Counted from the stretch's first letter, positions 47,614 through 57,792 are shown. The stretch: 64,000 nt of DNA from an uncultured Gammaproteobacteria bacterium (GCA_964627245.1 CAZVGS010000002.1:26923-90922); one strand, 5' to 3'. Program-made: numbers and translations. The notes: generated from the sequence alone by a model not told the origin.

Positions 47614-49182
47614 CAAAATGGGACGATGACGATACAATAAGTCACTTTCCGCTGTTATATCAATCTTTTTCTCTTGTTCGAAAATTTTAGCTGTTAAAAC
47701 TGCTTGTTTTTTAACTTTCGAACTTTTGACTTCAACTGCTAGTTCTGACAGAAGACTGAAAGGAGCTGTGAAATTAAAGACTAACTTACCTTCATCAAGT
47801 GCTAAGTTTTCAAATACTAAGGTTATTAGCTTTCTTCTTTCATCTCTATTTCCCTTCAAATATAGTTCTTGCGCTTTTTGAGACAACTCATATAAATTAG
47901 AGCCTAATTCTTGATATTTTGTGCTTGATTGTGAGTGCTGTTTAATCGATGTTACAAGTTGATTCTTTTCTTCTGAAAACTCAGTAAATAAAGTATCGTA
48001 TTTAGCTTTCGATATAACTTCATCTAGTCTGTCTTTGTATAAATTGTCCATTCTCTTTTGTATGCGCTCTAAATTTCTATTAAGCTCTGTAATCGCTGTA
48101 TTGTTGTAATTAATCTCTTCCTTGTGAGCTTCTTTTAATGATTTTCTTATCCAGTCGATTAGCCTCACATTTTTAATTTGGAGTCCATCTAGAGCATCAA
48201 CAATCTGTTCTTCAACTTCTTTTTCTTTAGCCCATGCTTGCTGTTTGCAATCTCTATAATGATTACAGTGCCCATAGACAATTCCTTTCTGAATTTCCCA
48301 AGTGATTCGACCCTCACAGCCTACACATTTGACTATTCCTTGAAATAGAAAGTGGTGTTTTCGATATTTAGGAGTAGTTTTGCTCTTAAGAACACTATTA
48401 ACCTTAGTAAAGACCTCTTCGCTGAGAAGTGCTTCATGTTGTCCCTGATGTACATTCTTGTTCCATCTGATTTTACCAATATAGAAAGGGTCTGAAAGTA
48501 GTTGATGAATTCGACTCTTAACTAACTTATTGCCCGTATATCCACGAAGTCCTTCTTGTGACATCATCTCTGTTAGCTTGCTAAGTGAAATCTCGCCTGT
48601 TGCATAGAGTTCAAACATTCGTCTTACGAGAGGAGCTTTCTTCTCGTCTATTACATGTATCTTTCTCCCTTTTTCTCCTACACTGATGTATCCAGGAGGT
48701 GCTTTTGTTGGCATCCAACCTTGAGCTATTTTCTCTTTCTGTCCTTTCTTTACATTTTCTGATAAAAGCTTAACGTAATATTCAGCTGTAGCACATTTAA
48801 CTCTCCACATAAACCATTCGTGAGACCTTGAATCCCTGTGTAAAACACAGCCTTCTTTTGCAAGTCTTATTTGATGGTTTGAATCTTCATGAATCCATTT
48901 ATCAATAATTGGCACGTCAACAAAATTTCTTGTCAATCTATCAGTAGTCTCGACAATAACTCCAAAAATGTCTTTCTTCTTGATGTATGTAATCATTTCA
49001 TTGAATACTTTTCTTTGCATAACTCCAGAAGCTGATTCTGAAACAGCAAAGACCTTAACAACTTCAAGACCTTCTTTTTCAGCGTATTCTCGAAGATACT
49101 TCTCTTGTGCAGGAAGAGAGTAACCTGCTTCTTCCTGTTCTTTACTTGATACTCTACAAAAGATAACTGTTCTCATATACAC
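47602..49182 (-). CDS. large serine recombinase (integrase)
   Basis: N-terminal CRVSSKEQ catalytic Ser region, recombinase domain, zinc ribbon CVGCEGR..HCNHY, coiled coil. The 3' end overlaps the tRNA-Asn 3' end. Confidence 0.85.
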   Translation of the reverse strand: MYMRTVIFCRVSSKEQEEAGYSLPAQEKYLREYAEKEGLEVVKVFAVSESASGVMQRKVFNEMITYIKKKDIFGVIVETTDRLTRNFVDVPIIDKWIHEDSNHQIRLAKEGCVLHRDSRSHEWFMWRVKCATAEYYVKLLSENVKKGQKEKIAQGWMPTKAPPGYISVGEKGRKIHVIDEKKAPLVRRMFELYATGEISLSKLTEMMSQEGLRGYTGNKLVKSRIHQLLSDPFYIGKIRWNKNVHQGQHEALLSEEVFTKVNSVLKSKTTPKYRKHHFLFQGIVKCVGCEGRITWEIQKGIVYGHCNHYRDCKQQAWAKEKEVEEQIVDALDGLQIKNVRLIDWIRKSLKEAHKEEINYNNTAITELNRNLERIQKRMDNLYKDRLDEVISKAKYDTLFTEFSEEKNQLVTSIKQHSQSSTKYQELGSNLYELSQKAQELYLKGNRDERRKLITLVFENLALDEGKLVFNFTAPFSLLSELAVEVKSSKVKKQAVLTAKIFEQEKKIDITAESDLLYRHRPILLRD

Positions 49183-49369
49183 ATATCATTAAGGAGCCTA
49201 GAGTAAATGTCAACCCTCCTCATTGTTTATATTCTTAAACTTTCTTTCAATCATCTTAACCTTACTAAATCATTACTAAACTGTACTTATACTAAGACTG
49301 TACTTAAACCTAACTTCACATTACCTTACTAGAAGATTACTATGTAATATTACTAGTACTATATAGTAA

Positions 49370-49660
49370 CTATATATTTGTGAATTCCTTAGCTTTTTCA
49401 ATTATTTTCTTCTCTAGTTTTTCCCATAACGCAGAATCCTTAATTCTTGCAACCCAAAAATATGCTTTGTTTCTTCCTTTAACAGATGGCGGAGACACAA
49501 ACCATACAGGCGATACAGGTGAATATTTCGTTGTTCCATATCTAACTACAAATCCGCGTATTTCAACTACTTCTTTAATTAATATGTTTGCTATTACAAC
49601 ATTATCCTTTTTGTCTCTAGATTTTATCTCGACTTCTATTTCATCAATTGTTATTTTCAT
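49370..49660 (-). CDS. SpoVG-like small protein
   Basis: 96 aa. The hydrophobic pattern aligns by eye to SpoVG (ITxD.I.V...A.I.I..E.V.IRGF.V..G...W...P). Unverified. Confidence 0.4.
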   Translation of the reverse strand: MKITIDEIEVEIKSRDKKDNVVIANILIKEVVEIRGFVVRYGTTKYSPVSPVWFVSPPSVKGRNKAYFWVARIKDSALWEKLEKKIIEKAKEFTNI

Positions 49661-49797
49661 TTAACCTCCTTTCTTCAATTTTTCTTAGACTTTCAAAAAA
49701 GGTTACGAGTGAATTGCCAGCTATTTCTGCTTCTTCTTCAGAAAGGTGCGCACCATATTCTTCTAGAAAGATGGTTTTTAGCTCTTGGATAGCCTCA

Positions 49798-50109
49798 TTA
49801 CTCATCTTTTTGCCCTCCCTTGTTTGAACCTGTATCAGATTGCGAAAATAAGCGGGTTTTTAGCCATCTTTGTGCATTAAGTAGTATTATGGGCTCAATT
49901 AGCTCTTGCCTCGCCCAAAACGCATTTACCAAGCGCTCAGCCTCATTTGTGTGTTCGAAGATAAAGATTTTTCTATTTGAGTTTATAGAGTCTTTGATTT
50001 CAAGAAGGTGAACGTCTTTTGCCAGAAGGAAAGATGCGAGATAAAAATCAGCAGTCTCTATAGTTTTACGATTCATATTCATACGATTTATTCGTATGAA
50101 GTATCTCAA
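49798..50109 (-). CDS. hypothetical protein
   Basis: 103-aa ORF in the island with no motif recognised. Confidence 0.4.
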   Translation of the reverse strand: MRYFIRINRMNMNRKTIETADFYLASFLLAKDVHLLEIKDSINSNRKIFIFEHTNEAERLVNAFWARQELIEPIILLNAQRWLKTRLFSQSDTGSNKGGQKDE

Positions 50110-50145
50110 AAGAGGGTGCTCGTGAAAGTTGTCAGTTGTAAATCT

Positions 50146-50877
50146 CTAACTGGCAATTTCGTTGAGAAGTTTTAAATACTGAGGCAATTCTCGCATCGTA
50201 GGGATATCATACCTCTCACAAACTCGATAATACGCTTCTTTATGTTGTTTTTTGAGTTCATTCAGCTTCTTATCATCTTCTAAATTCTTTTTTACTAGTA
50301 TTTCCTCGAGCGCTCTATCAACCATTGATGCTCCATCCTCTTCTGCATATAGTATGTCGTTGGGCTTGCCTTTCTTCCAATATTTAAGAAGCTTTTTTTC
50401 TATTTCGAAGTAAAGATTGAGCCCTAGCTTAATATCATCACTCCCTAGCTGGTATCTTTCTTTCTTCTTTTTGAAATCTTTTGGATTAGCATTTTTGAAT
50501 AGCTTCATTTTCTCTACTAAAAGTGACGCTTCATCATACAGCTCTAACCATTGTTCTCTTGTAATAAATGGGTTGTATCGGACATAAACGCCTTCCTCCT
50601 CAACTTTTACAGGGTGGCCACTGACAACAACCTTATCGTTTTTATACTTATATAACTTTTTCCCTCCTAGATATGCTAACTGGTAGAAAAGGCTAGTAAT
50701 GAGCTGTAATTTTTCAAGCTTCTCAATGTCTTTTGCTGTCTGTTTTTTAAGTTTTAGTTTATTGGTTTTCTTTTTTAACTCTCCCCAAAGTACTTTTATT
50801 ACGAAATTGTTTCCAAGCATGTCTTGTTTAATTTCCTTGAAAAGAGCTTTATTTTCGTCTTCATTTTTCATTTTCAT
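50146..50877 (-). CDS. hypothetical lysine-rich protein
   Basis: ORF trimmed to an internal Met to avoid overlap with the divergent downstream gene. K/E-rich with no motif recognised. Confidence 0.4.
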   Translation of the reverse strand: MKMKNEDENKALFKEIKQDMLGNNFVIKVLWGELKKKTNKLKLKKQTAKDIEKLEKLQLITSLFYQLAYLGGKKLYKYKNDKVVVSGHPVKVEEEGVYVRYNPFITREQWLELYDEASLLVEKMKLFKNANPKDFKKKKERYQLGSDDIKLGLNLYFEIEKKLLKYWKKGKPNDILYAEEDGASMVDRALEEILVKKNLEDDKKLNELKKQHKEAYYRVCERYDIPTMRELPQYLKLLNEIAS

Positions 50878-50937
50878 AATTGTGTGTAATTTTATCATGA
50901 CTGCTGTATCTTGTGATAGAATAGCCCTGCAAATCAA

Positions 50938-52264
50938 TATGTATCACACACAACAAAATAAACTTACCATTTTAATAGACCCACTATATATTCACACAGA
51001 AGCATCGCAACAGCTAATCCACAACCAGGTAGCTATTCATACCGTCTTACACTACTTGAAGGGCATTGTTAACAACAAAGTATCAGTGGAGGTAGTTTTC
51101 CCTAAATTCCTTTGGAGTGGCGATTGGAAAGAAAGATATCAAGCATATGTTCCAGCTGATAATCCATTCTACGGAGATGAATTCTTTAAAGTACTTGAAA
51201 ATAAAGAACCTCTACCAGAGTGGGCAAAACAACGGGTGGAACAAACTAAAAGCTATCTTGAAACGAAAAAAGAACCCTACCTTAAGTTTGAAAAATTTCA
51301 ATCTACACCTGAAGGACTAAAGAAACTTTTAGATAGCATGAAAGATGGAACTCTCTTTATGTATCGAGATGCTGATTACCTTTACCATAAGGGGTTTATG
51401 GAACTTATTGATATATATTTTGCTTATGAATGCGACTTACTGCTAACCGCCAATAGAGTGTTGCATGCGGAGAAAAAGAAGCTAAACAGCGACTACCGAT
51501 TATTTCCCGTAAATTACCCAGAGATTTTTGAAGAAATCGAAACTTTTTTAAAGGGTCATCATATCTACATATCTCATGCAAACCCAATATACGGACTCCA
51601 AATGGCAGTTTTCTATCCTATGACTGATACAAAACTAATGGAATATCAAATTTCTATGAATAAAATTCTAGGACTTAAGAAAGATGCACAAGTATACCAG
51701 TATTTTAGAAGCATGTTTTATCACCGCTATTCATTTATTAGGTATGCGATTGACCAGATAAAATTTAACATGTTTCAAGCTGAAAGGCTCGAGGACAATG
51801 GGCTTAGGGCAAGCCATTATTTCCTTGCAAGCTATCACTTGAATAGTTTCTATCTTAATCTATGGGGTTTTATAGATAATCTTGCTTGGGTAATAAATCA
51901 TCTCTACGACTTAGGATTTAATATAGAAAAAACAGCAACAAAAGTAAGTTTTATTAGCAAAGACTATTTAAAGAAATTGAAAGAAAAAAAGCTAGATATT
52001 TATAACTTACTGAAAGAAAAAGAGAACAAAGATTGGCTTGCAAATCTTGCAGACAAACGGCATCCTGCGGCTCATAGAGAACCTTTGTTTATGTCTCCTG
52101 TGTATGACAAGAATGATATGAGCCTAATTGCAGAAGGCTTGATTGTAGTGAATACAAAAAAAGGACAAGAAATGTTTAAGGCAATCAATCACATGAATTA
52201 TGATTTTGAACAACTATTAAAATTTACTGATAATATATTAAAACTTCTTGAATCTAAAGCTTAG
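50938..52264 (+). CDS. hypothetical protein with C-terminal Rx4H (HEPN-like) motif; candidate abortive-infection/defense protein
   Basis: Start set at MYHTQQ (the upstream part of the track ORF overlaps the divergent gene). C-terminal LADKRHPAAHREPL fits the HEPN Rx4-6H signature. About 442 aa. Confidence 0.4.
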
Positions 52265-52304
52265 ATTTAATCTCCCAATTTCCATGAATGAAATAAAGGG
52301 ATTT

Positions 52305-53438
52305 TTATCCAGCTTGATAGAGGGCTTGAATGTTCTTCTTATTCTTGAATAAATCAGGTTGTTTTTTATTTAACCTTTTCAATGAAGTTTTAATCGCAAA
52401 TTCTGAATTATCAATACCTATCCAGTGTCGTTGAAGTGAATCTGCCGCAACAAGTGTGCCACCTGACCCACTGAAGCAATCAAAAACAATATCTCCTTCG
52501 TTAGAAGAGGTTGATATTATCGTTTTTAGTAATTCAAGATTTTTTTCTGTAGGGTAGACTGGTCTAGTTGGGTCCTTAAATTCCCAAATGTCTTGCAACT
52601 TCTTAAATGGCATTTCGTCAGCGTAAACTTTCTTTCTTGGATTACCTGTGCTTGACCACTCGATTAAACCCTTTGCCTCCAACTCATCTAATACCGTTGG
52701 GTCATATCTCCAATGTCTTCCTTTGGGAGGAAGCATTCCTTTCCATGGCTTACCAGTATTTCCATTGCTTGTTTCACCTGGAGCATGAAGCGGATTGGTA
52801 GTATAGTAGCGTCCATTTACATCTATTTTGTTAAATAACCTACTTATCTCGCCTTCTGACCTTTTATGTTTAGGCTCATTCCAAATATATTTGTCAGTTT
52901 TAGTATAAAAAAGTATTAGGTCTTTAATGTTTCCGTAAGCTTTTCTACTAAAATTTTTAGGATTACACTTTATTCTTGTTATGTCATTTCTAAAATTTTT
53001 TTGTCCAAAGACTTCATCCATTATGACTTTTATATAGTGCCCAATTTTATAATCAATATGCAGATAAATAGAGGCTTCATCTGACATTAATTCACGGATA
53101 AAAATGAGTCTTTCACGGATAAATTCCAGAAAGTCTGCCCCAACTAGAGTATCGCTATAAGCAATGCTGTCCTTAAGACTACTGCTTACATGCGATGTTC
53201 TTTCCTCGCTACCTCTAAAAACAGTGTTTGTTGAAAATGGAGGGTCAATATAGACCAAACTGATTTTGCTCTTCAAATTAAAGTCATTAAGAAGTGTTTT
53301 CATTACTCCTAAATTATCTCCTTTAATCAACATGTCTTTTCCATCTTTATAGGAAATGTTCTCGGCATCTAGCTTTACCTGCTTAGTGTTTGAAAGTATA
53401 GATTGTTTAGTTTTCTTACCTTTATAAGTTAATTCCAT
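52305..53438 (-). CDS. DNA methyltransferase (beta-class N6A/N4C) of an R-M system
   Basis: VYIDPPFS motif (IV) followed by C-terminal FDCFSGSGGT (I). Confidence 0.8.
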   Translation of the reverse strand: MELTYKGKKTKQSILSNTKQVKLDAENISYKDGKDMLIKGDNLGVMKTLLNDFNLKSKISLVYIDPPFSTNTVFRGSEERTSHVSSSLKDSIAYSDTLVGADFLEFIRERLIFIRELMSDEASIYLHIDYKIGHYIKVIMDEVFGQKNFRNDITRIKCNPKNFSRKAYGNIKDLILFYTKTDKYIWNEPKHKRSEGEISRLFNKIDVNGRYYTTNPLHAPGETSNGNTGKPWKGMLPPKGRHWRYDPTVLDELEAKGLIEWSSTGNPRKKVYADEMPFKKLQDIWEFKDPTRPVYPTEKNLELLKTIISTSSNEGDIVFDCFSGSGGTLVAADSLQRHWIGIDNSEFAIKTSLKRLNKKQPDLFKNKKNIQALYQAG

Positions 53439-53445
53439 AGTTTTC

Positions 53446-54228
53446 TTATAATGAGTGCAAAAAATCTCTCAGAAGCAAACTGCTCAAAATGTTGTATTCT
53501 TCCTCATGCGAAGTCAAAAAACGATGAAAATTACTTCTTCCTCTCAAATAAAGTACACCATCATATATTGCTACTTTGACCGCATTAACGTTATTATTTT
53601 TCAATAAAGTTAATCCATCAGCGAACTGCCTATCTTGATGTCCTCCAAAATCAGTTAAGAATTTGGCTTCACCAATTACATATTTACCATGCATACGAGC
53701 TATAAAATCCAACCCTTTTTGCTCTTCATAGCCTAAATTATTTTTGGCAAACTGTTTAAGCTGAGCATCGCCTCCATCTAAAATCGCATCTCTTTCTGTT
53801 GCTATAAACTCAAGTTCTGGTAATACCTCTAATCCTAAAGTTTTTTGATTAAGCCACCTTCTAAAAAGAGGACCTATTTGCCTATTCGTTTCCTTTGGCT
53901 CTGAAGTGCGAGCATATATTTTCTCCAGTCCCATTTCATATAATCTGCCACAAATTCGCTTAACTGTTTCTGGATTTCTGTCTATTGCAGATTTATCTCT
54001 TCTCAAGAAAGGAATATATGAGTCCTTAATCGGAAACAATTCTAAACTAAGCAAACTCTTCATAAGCTCTGAATCGTCTCTACTCTTAAATGCTACCTCT
54101 ACATTGCCCCAAGCGGTTTCATTTACTTCTCTTATCGTATCGGGTGCCAATGGATAAACAGTAAAAAGCTCATCAAGATAATTTTTTTGATTTGCAAATT
54201 GGATACTTAAGTCTGTCCAATAATTCAT
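53446..54228 (-). CDS. type II restriction endonuclease (PD-(D/E)xK) candidate
   Basis: Sits between the C-protein and the MTase on the same strand. Putative catalytic D..IGEAK motif. Confidence 0.5.
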   Translation of the reverse strand: MNYWTDLSIQFANQKNYLDELFTVYPLAPDTIREVNETAWGNVEVAFKSRDDSELMKSLLSLELFPIKDSYIPFLRRDKSAIDRNPETVKRICGRLYEMGLEKIYARTSEPKETNRQIGPLFRRWLNQKTLGLEVLPELEFIATERDAILDGGDAQLKQFAKNNLGYEEQKGLDFIARMHGKYVIGEAKFLTDFGGHQDRQFADGLTLLKNNNVNAVKVAIYDGVLYLRGRSNFHRFLTSHEEEYNILSSLLLRDFLHSL

Positions 54229-54388
54229 TTTAGTTATTAGTAAGCTATCTAAATCCTATTTTTCATTCTGTATTGTTTCTTTGCTGTCATAACTTATTTA
54301 ACATTATTTAACATTCTAATATTGTAGTCAACTGACTGAAGTTTGATTAGTATAGCAGAGTAGGCCAGAAAGAAGTCGATAGAAAATG

Positions 54389-54595
54389 TTATTTTAATAA
54401 ATCTGAAACTGGAATTTTTAAAGCTAGAGCAATAAGATTTATTGTTCTTAAAGTAGTATTCCTTTTGCCCGCTTCTATAGCAATTATTGTCCTAGGGTCG
54501 CATTTTGTCATTTCTGCAAGTTCTTCTTGAGTAAGTTTTCTTTGTCTTCGAAACCTTTTTACATTCTCTCCAAACTTTTGATAAATAGAAGCCAT
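54389..54595 (-). CDS. HTH XRE-family controller (C) protein of an R-M system
   Basis: 68-aa HTH_XRE (LTQEELAEMTKCDPRTIIAIEAGKR) immediately upstream of the R gene: classic C-R-M layout. Confidence 0.6.
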   Translation of the reverse strand: MASIYQKFGENVKRFRRQRKLTQEELAEMTKCDPRTIIAIEAGKRNTTLRTINLIALALKIPVSDLLK

Positions 54596-54681
54596 AGTAT
54601 ACCCTTGCTAATCTGACATATATGTCATATAAATAACAGGAAATATATTTCATATTTAGCCTGAAAGTTGAGCTTGAAAGC

Positions 54682-54912
54682 ATGATGAAGTTTTTGATTT
54701 ATTTATTCTTTTGGCCAATAATATTATTGTGGAAATCTCTTATGTGGGGTCTGGGAATAAAACGTACAACGAAATGCTTGAGATGTGGAAGTAAAAAGCT
54801 CAATAAGGATAAACCTAATTGGATACAGCATGCGAGTAGCGTATTGATTGGCTACAGGTCTAGACCTCTTAATGTTTGCAGAGATTGTGGATTTTCTTGG
54901 GAGGATAGATAA
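54682..54912 (+). CDS. small membrane protein with C-terminal zinc-ribbon
   Basis: N-terminal TM helix, CLRCGS ... CRDCG pairs. Divergent from the C-protein gene. Confidence 0.35.
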   Translation: MMKFLIYLFFWPIILLWKSLMWGLGIKRTTKCLRCGSKKLNKDKPNWIQHASSVLIGYRSRPLNVCRDCGFSWEDR

Positions 54913-55289
54913 ATACAAATATAAGTAACTATGCTTCACGACTTTTGTATTTTTATTCCGTAGGGCGAAGCGAGGAACGTTGTATCCAAAAGAGTTCAAA
55001 AATAGATTTTTCAACCTGGGGGTATTAAGTACGAGGAGTTTTAGAACTTAATGTACGCACAATGAAGAAGATAGTTGTTTCACTCTTAAACACATTCAGC
55101 TAAAGTCTTAAAACATCTTATAAACTCTATTCTTAGTATATATTTTATATACAGAAATAATTGATATACTTTTTCATGAGATTTAGTGATGCATTGCATC
55201 ATGAAGTGAGGATTTCACTTGATATCTTGTACATTAGTTCTGGAGACTGTACTTGATTTACCCACTGCATAGTTCGAAAATCGTCTAGC

Positions 55290-56594
55290 TTAGTGAGCAT
55301 TGACGTGCTGTGTTTTTTCCCAATGAGATTGACCTATGAGTAAACGCGTTAATGCTCTGAGGGAGCTAAAACCAATAAGCAATTGAAAGGGGTAAAAAGT
55401 ATATAAGATTTTCAGTGGCGACCACAAAGGATACTTCAGCTTGTAACTTTTCGTAAATTCGTAGAGCCCTACATTGTAGATGATTAACTGGAGAGTCATC
55501 AAAAGTAGTGGGAGAAATGCAAAAAGAGCTATGCCTACTGGTAACTTTAGGGTAAGCACAGTAATAATTGACAAAGGAATAAGCAAAAATAGCAACGCTT
55601 GGAGTTCAGGAAGTACCAAAATGTAGAATGCAAGAAGTTTCTGTGTAAGGCGTGGAAGTTTGAGCCAATCTCCCTTCGAAAGTACCTGCATAAAACCTTG
55701 ATTCCATCTTGTCCGTTGGCGAATGAAGCTCTTTACATCTGTTGGTGTTTCCTCTTGGGTGACATGTTGCTCGCTATATACAACTCTGACTTTTGCTCCA
55801 AGTGCACTAAGTCGAATACCAATATCTGCATCTTCCGTTAAGCAATTTTCATCCCAGCCTCCAGCCTGTTCAAGACGAGTTTTTTTGAAAAATACAGTGT
55901 TACCACCAAGTGGAATAATTCCTATTTTTGCAAAGAAATGAAGCGTAGATTTAAACCAAAAGAAATACTCCAATACATTCAAAGATGAGAACCAAGAAGA
56001 GCGAAAATTCATTAATTGTACTCCTGCTTGCACAACGTCTGCTTTTTCTCGTTCCAAGATTGTGTTGACAATATTATAGATATCTTTATGTGGTTGGTCT
56101 TCAGCATCGAAGATAACAACAATGTCTTTTGTTGCGTGTTTTAGTCCAATATTGAGACTATGTGGTTTGTTAATCGGAGTGTCATCAAATACGACAAGAC
56201 GTATGTTCTTTTTCCCGAGCAATTCAATAATCTCTTTGGCTTTCGAAATAGTAAGCACGTCATCATACCTACACACAATAATTATCTCTTTAAGTTCTTC
56301 AGGATAATTGATATTTGATACTGCCTTTATTGTATCCCCAACAACTTTTTCTTCGTGTCTTGCAGGGATAATTGCACTAAACGATTGTTTTGGTACTGCA
56401 TAATTTTTTGGGGGCGCATCTTTCTCCATTCGTTCCGCATCTTCCCATGCATACAACATCCAATAAATACTAAAAATACTTTGAAATGATAATAGTGTAG
56501 AAAGAAAAGCAACAGCAAATATAATTAATGTTTGCCCTGTAAAGACTCCAGCACTGAGCAAAGTATAAATTGCGATACCAACTCCTCCAAGCAA
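55290..56594 (-). CDS. family 2 glycosyltransferase, processive type (QxxRW)
   Basis: DxD (FDAEDQ) and QRTRWNQG motifs, with multiple TM helices flanking a GT-A domain. Confidence 0.8.
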   Translation of the reverse strand: MLGGVGIAIYTLLSAGVFTGQTLIIFAVAFLSTLLSFQSIFSIYWMLYAWEDAERMEKDAPPKNYAVPKQSFSAIIPARHEEKVVGDTIKAVSNINYPEELKEIIIVCRYDDVLTISKAKEIIELLGKKNIRLVVFDDTPINKPHSLNIGLKHATKDIVVIFDAEDQPHKDIYNIVNTILEREKADVVQAGVQLMNFRSSWFSSLNVLEYFFWFKSTLHFFAKIGIIPLGGNTVFFKKTRLEQAGGWDENCLTEDADIGIRLSALGAKVRVVYSEQHVTQEETPTDVKSFIRQRTRWNQGFMQVLSKGDWLKLPRLTQKLLAFYILVLPELQALLFLLIPLSIITVLTLKLPVGIALFAFLPLLLMTLQLIIYNVGLYEFTKSYKLKYPLWSPLKILYTFYPFQLLIGFSSLRALTRLLIGQSHWEKTQHVNAH

Positions 56595-57061
56595 AAGGCC
56601 GAGGAAAAACTATCCAATTATGGTATTCCCCAAGATACTATTTATACGTTCACGCTAACGGACAAGGCAGGTAATCCTGTTTATGGAAGCAATGAACCAG
56701 GCACTTCTGAATCGGCAACAGGAGCAAATGATTCCAGTAACTCTATTGCTAACGCAGTGGGAGATAAAGTAGACAATAACAGAACAATAGACGGACTTAT
56801 TGGCTTTATCGAGAAGGCGGTCATTGGTGGGATACTAGTTGTCGTGGTAATTGTTGCCGCTATTCTATTCTTCAGGAAGAAAAAGACTACCAAATAAACT
56901 CAGTAATTGCCGTTTGCACCTTTTCAATACCCTAACGAGTGAGTCGGATTCCCCACCACACGGACGGCGCGTGGTGATCATTAAGGCCTGCTGAAGAAAT
57001 GAACATTAGTTGCCCTGAGGTGGATAATCAAAAGTTGGCGTGTGAAGTCAGAACAGAGAGA

Positions 57062-57721
57062 TTAACATCCGAGAGCTTGGAGACACTGTTGGCGAGGTAT
57101 GCCTTCAGGTGCTTGGTTGCATACTTCTTTGTTACATTCTTGTTTCTTGACTGTCTCCAGATCTTTTATGGTGAGTCCGCTATCAGTATTTCCCGTCTGG
57201 ACATTGAACTCCATAAACTCAATATTTCCGGGGCGAGAGAAAACGCTTCCGTCAACTATCCATGGCTTACAATCAAACTTGGTGTCTTCGGCGATATCTC
57301 CATCTTTGGTCGAAAACAATTTGCCCTGCTCTTCCGGCGTAACAGCGGATTTCATGCCCTGAGGGAACATTGATCCCCAGAGGTAATTGTACCCACCATC
57401 ACGAATTACGTGCGCCTCCATGGGTACTGCGCCCTTCTGTTGTATAGTAAAATCTCCGCGGATTTGCTTGGCGCCATTGGCAAGGTACACTGTGCCTGAC
57501 GAAACATTTGTACCGTCATTATGTTCAAATGTGCATTCGAGATTCTGCCCGCGTGAAATAAAAGAAGCAAATGTGCCGCTCGTACTTTCTTCTGTCTTCA
57601 GGTTTTCTTCCATTGCCACATCCCCGTCAGGGTTCTGAGTACCAATATTGGTGTATGCAAAATATCCGCCACCGACGAGTACGACCGCTCCTATTACTGC
57701 AATTAAAATTGTCTTGTTCAT
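57062..57721 (-). CDS. hypothetical secreted/anchored protein
   Basis: N-terminal TM/signal and a Cys-containing soluble domain. No motif recognised. Confidence 0.45.
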   Translation of the reverse strand: MNKTILIAVIGAVVLVGGGYFAYTNIGTQNPDGDVAMEENLKTEESTSGTFASFISRGQNLECTFEHNDGTNVSSGTVYLANGAKQIRGDFTIQQKGAVPMEAHVIRDGGYNYLWGSMFPQGMKSAVTPEEQGKLFSTKDGDIAEDTKFDCKPWIVDGSVFSRPGNIEFMEFNVQTGNTDSGLTIKDLETVKKQECNKEVCNQAPEGIPRQQCLQALGC

Positions 57722-57792
57722 ATTCGAGTTAATTTTACTATAATTCTACTCATTTTATCAAGGCGCAAGTTAAGAGTTTAGCGAATTTACGA

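Larger units (their letters stand above)
47326..55290. mobile_element. tRNA-Asn-associated integrative defense island: serine recombinase, SpoVG-like, hypotheticals, HEPN-like protein, C-R-M restriction-modification
   Basis: The recombinase overlaps the tRNA 3' end. Cargo is defense-like. A 370-bp non-coding AT-rich stretch (54920-55290) follows before the housekeeping-type GT2 gene. Boundaries are inferred. Confidence 0.45.

Noticed and set aside
50699-50937. 5' extension of the 521-aa track ORF
   Set aside because: Overlaps the divergently transcribed upstream gene and encodes low-complexity hydrophobic sequence. A start at 50938 (MYHTQQ) leaves a plausible 60-bp divergent promoter region.
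49285-55254. Exact 11-bp repeat agactgtactt at 49285 and 55244, seemingly flanking the defense cargo
   Set aside because: Expected number of chance 11-mer repeats in a 64-kb AT-rich window is in the hundreds, so it is not evidence of att sites by itself.
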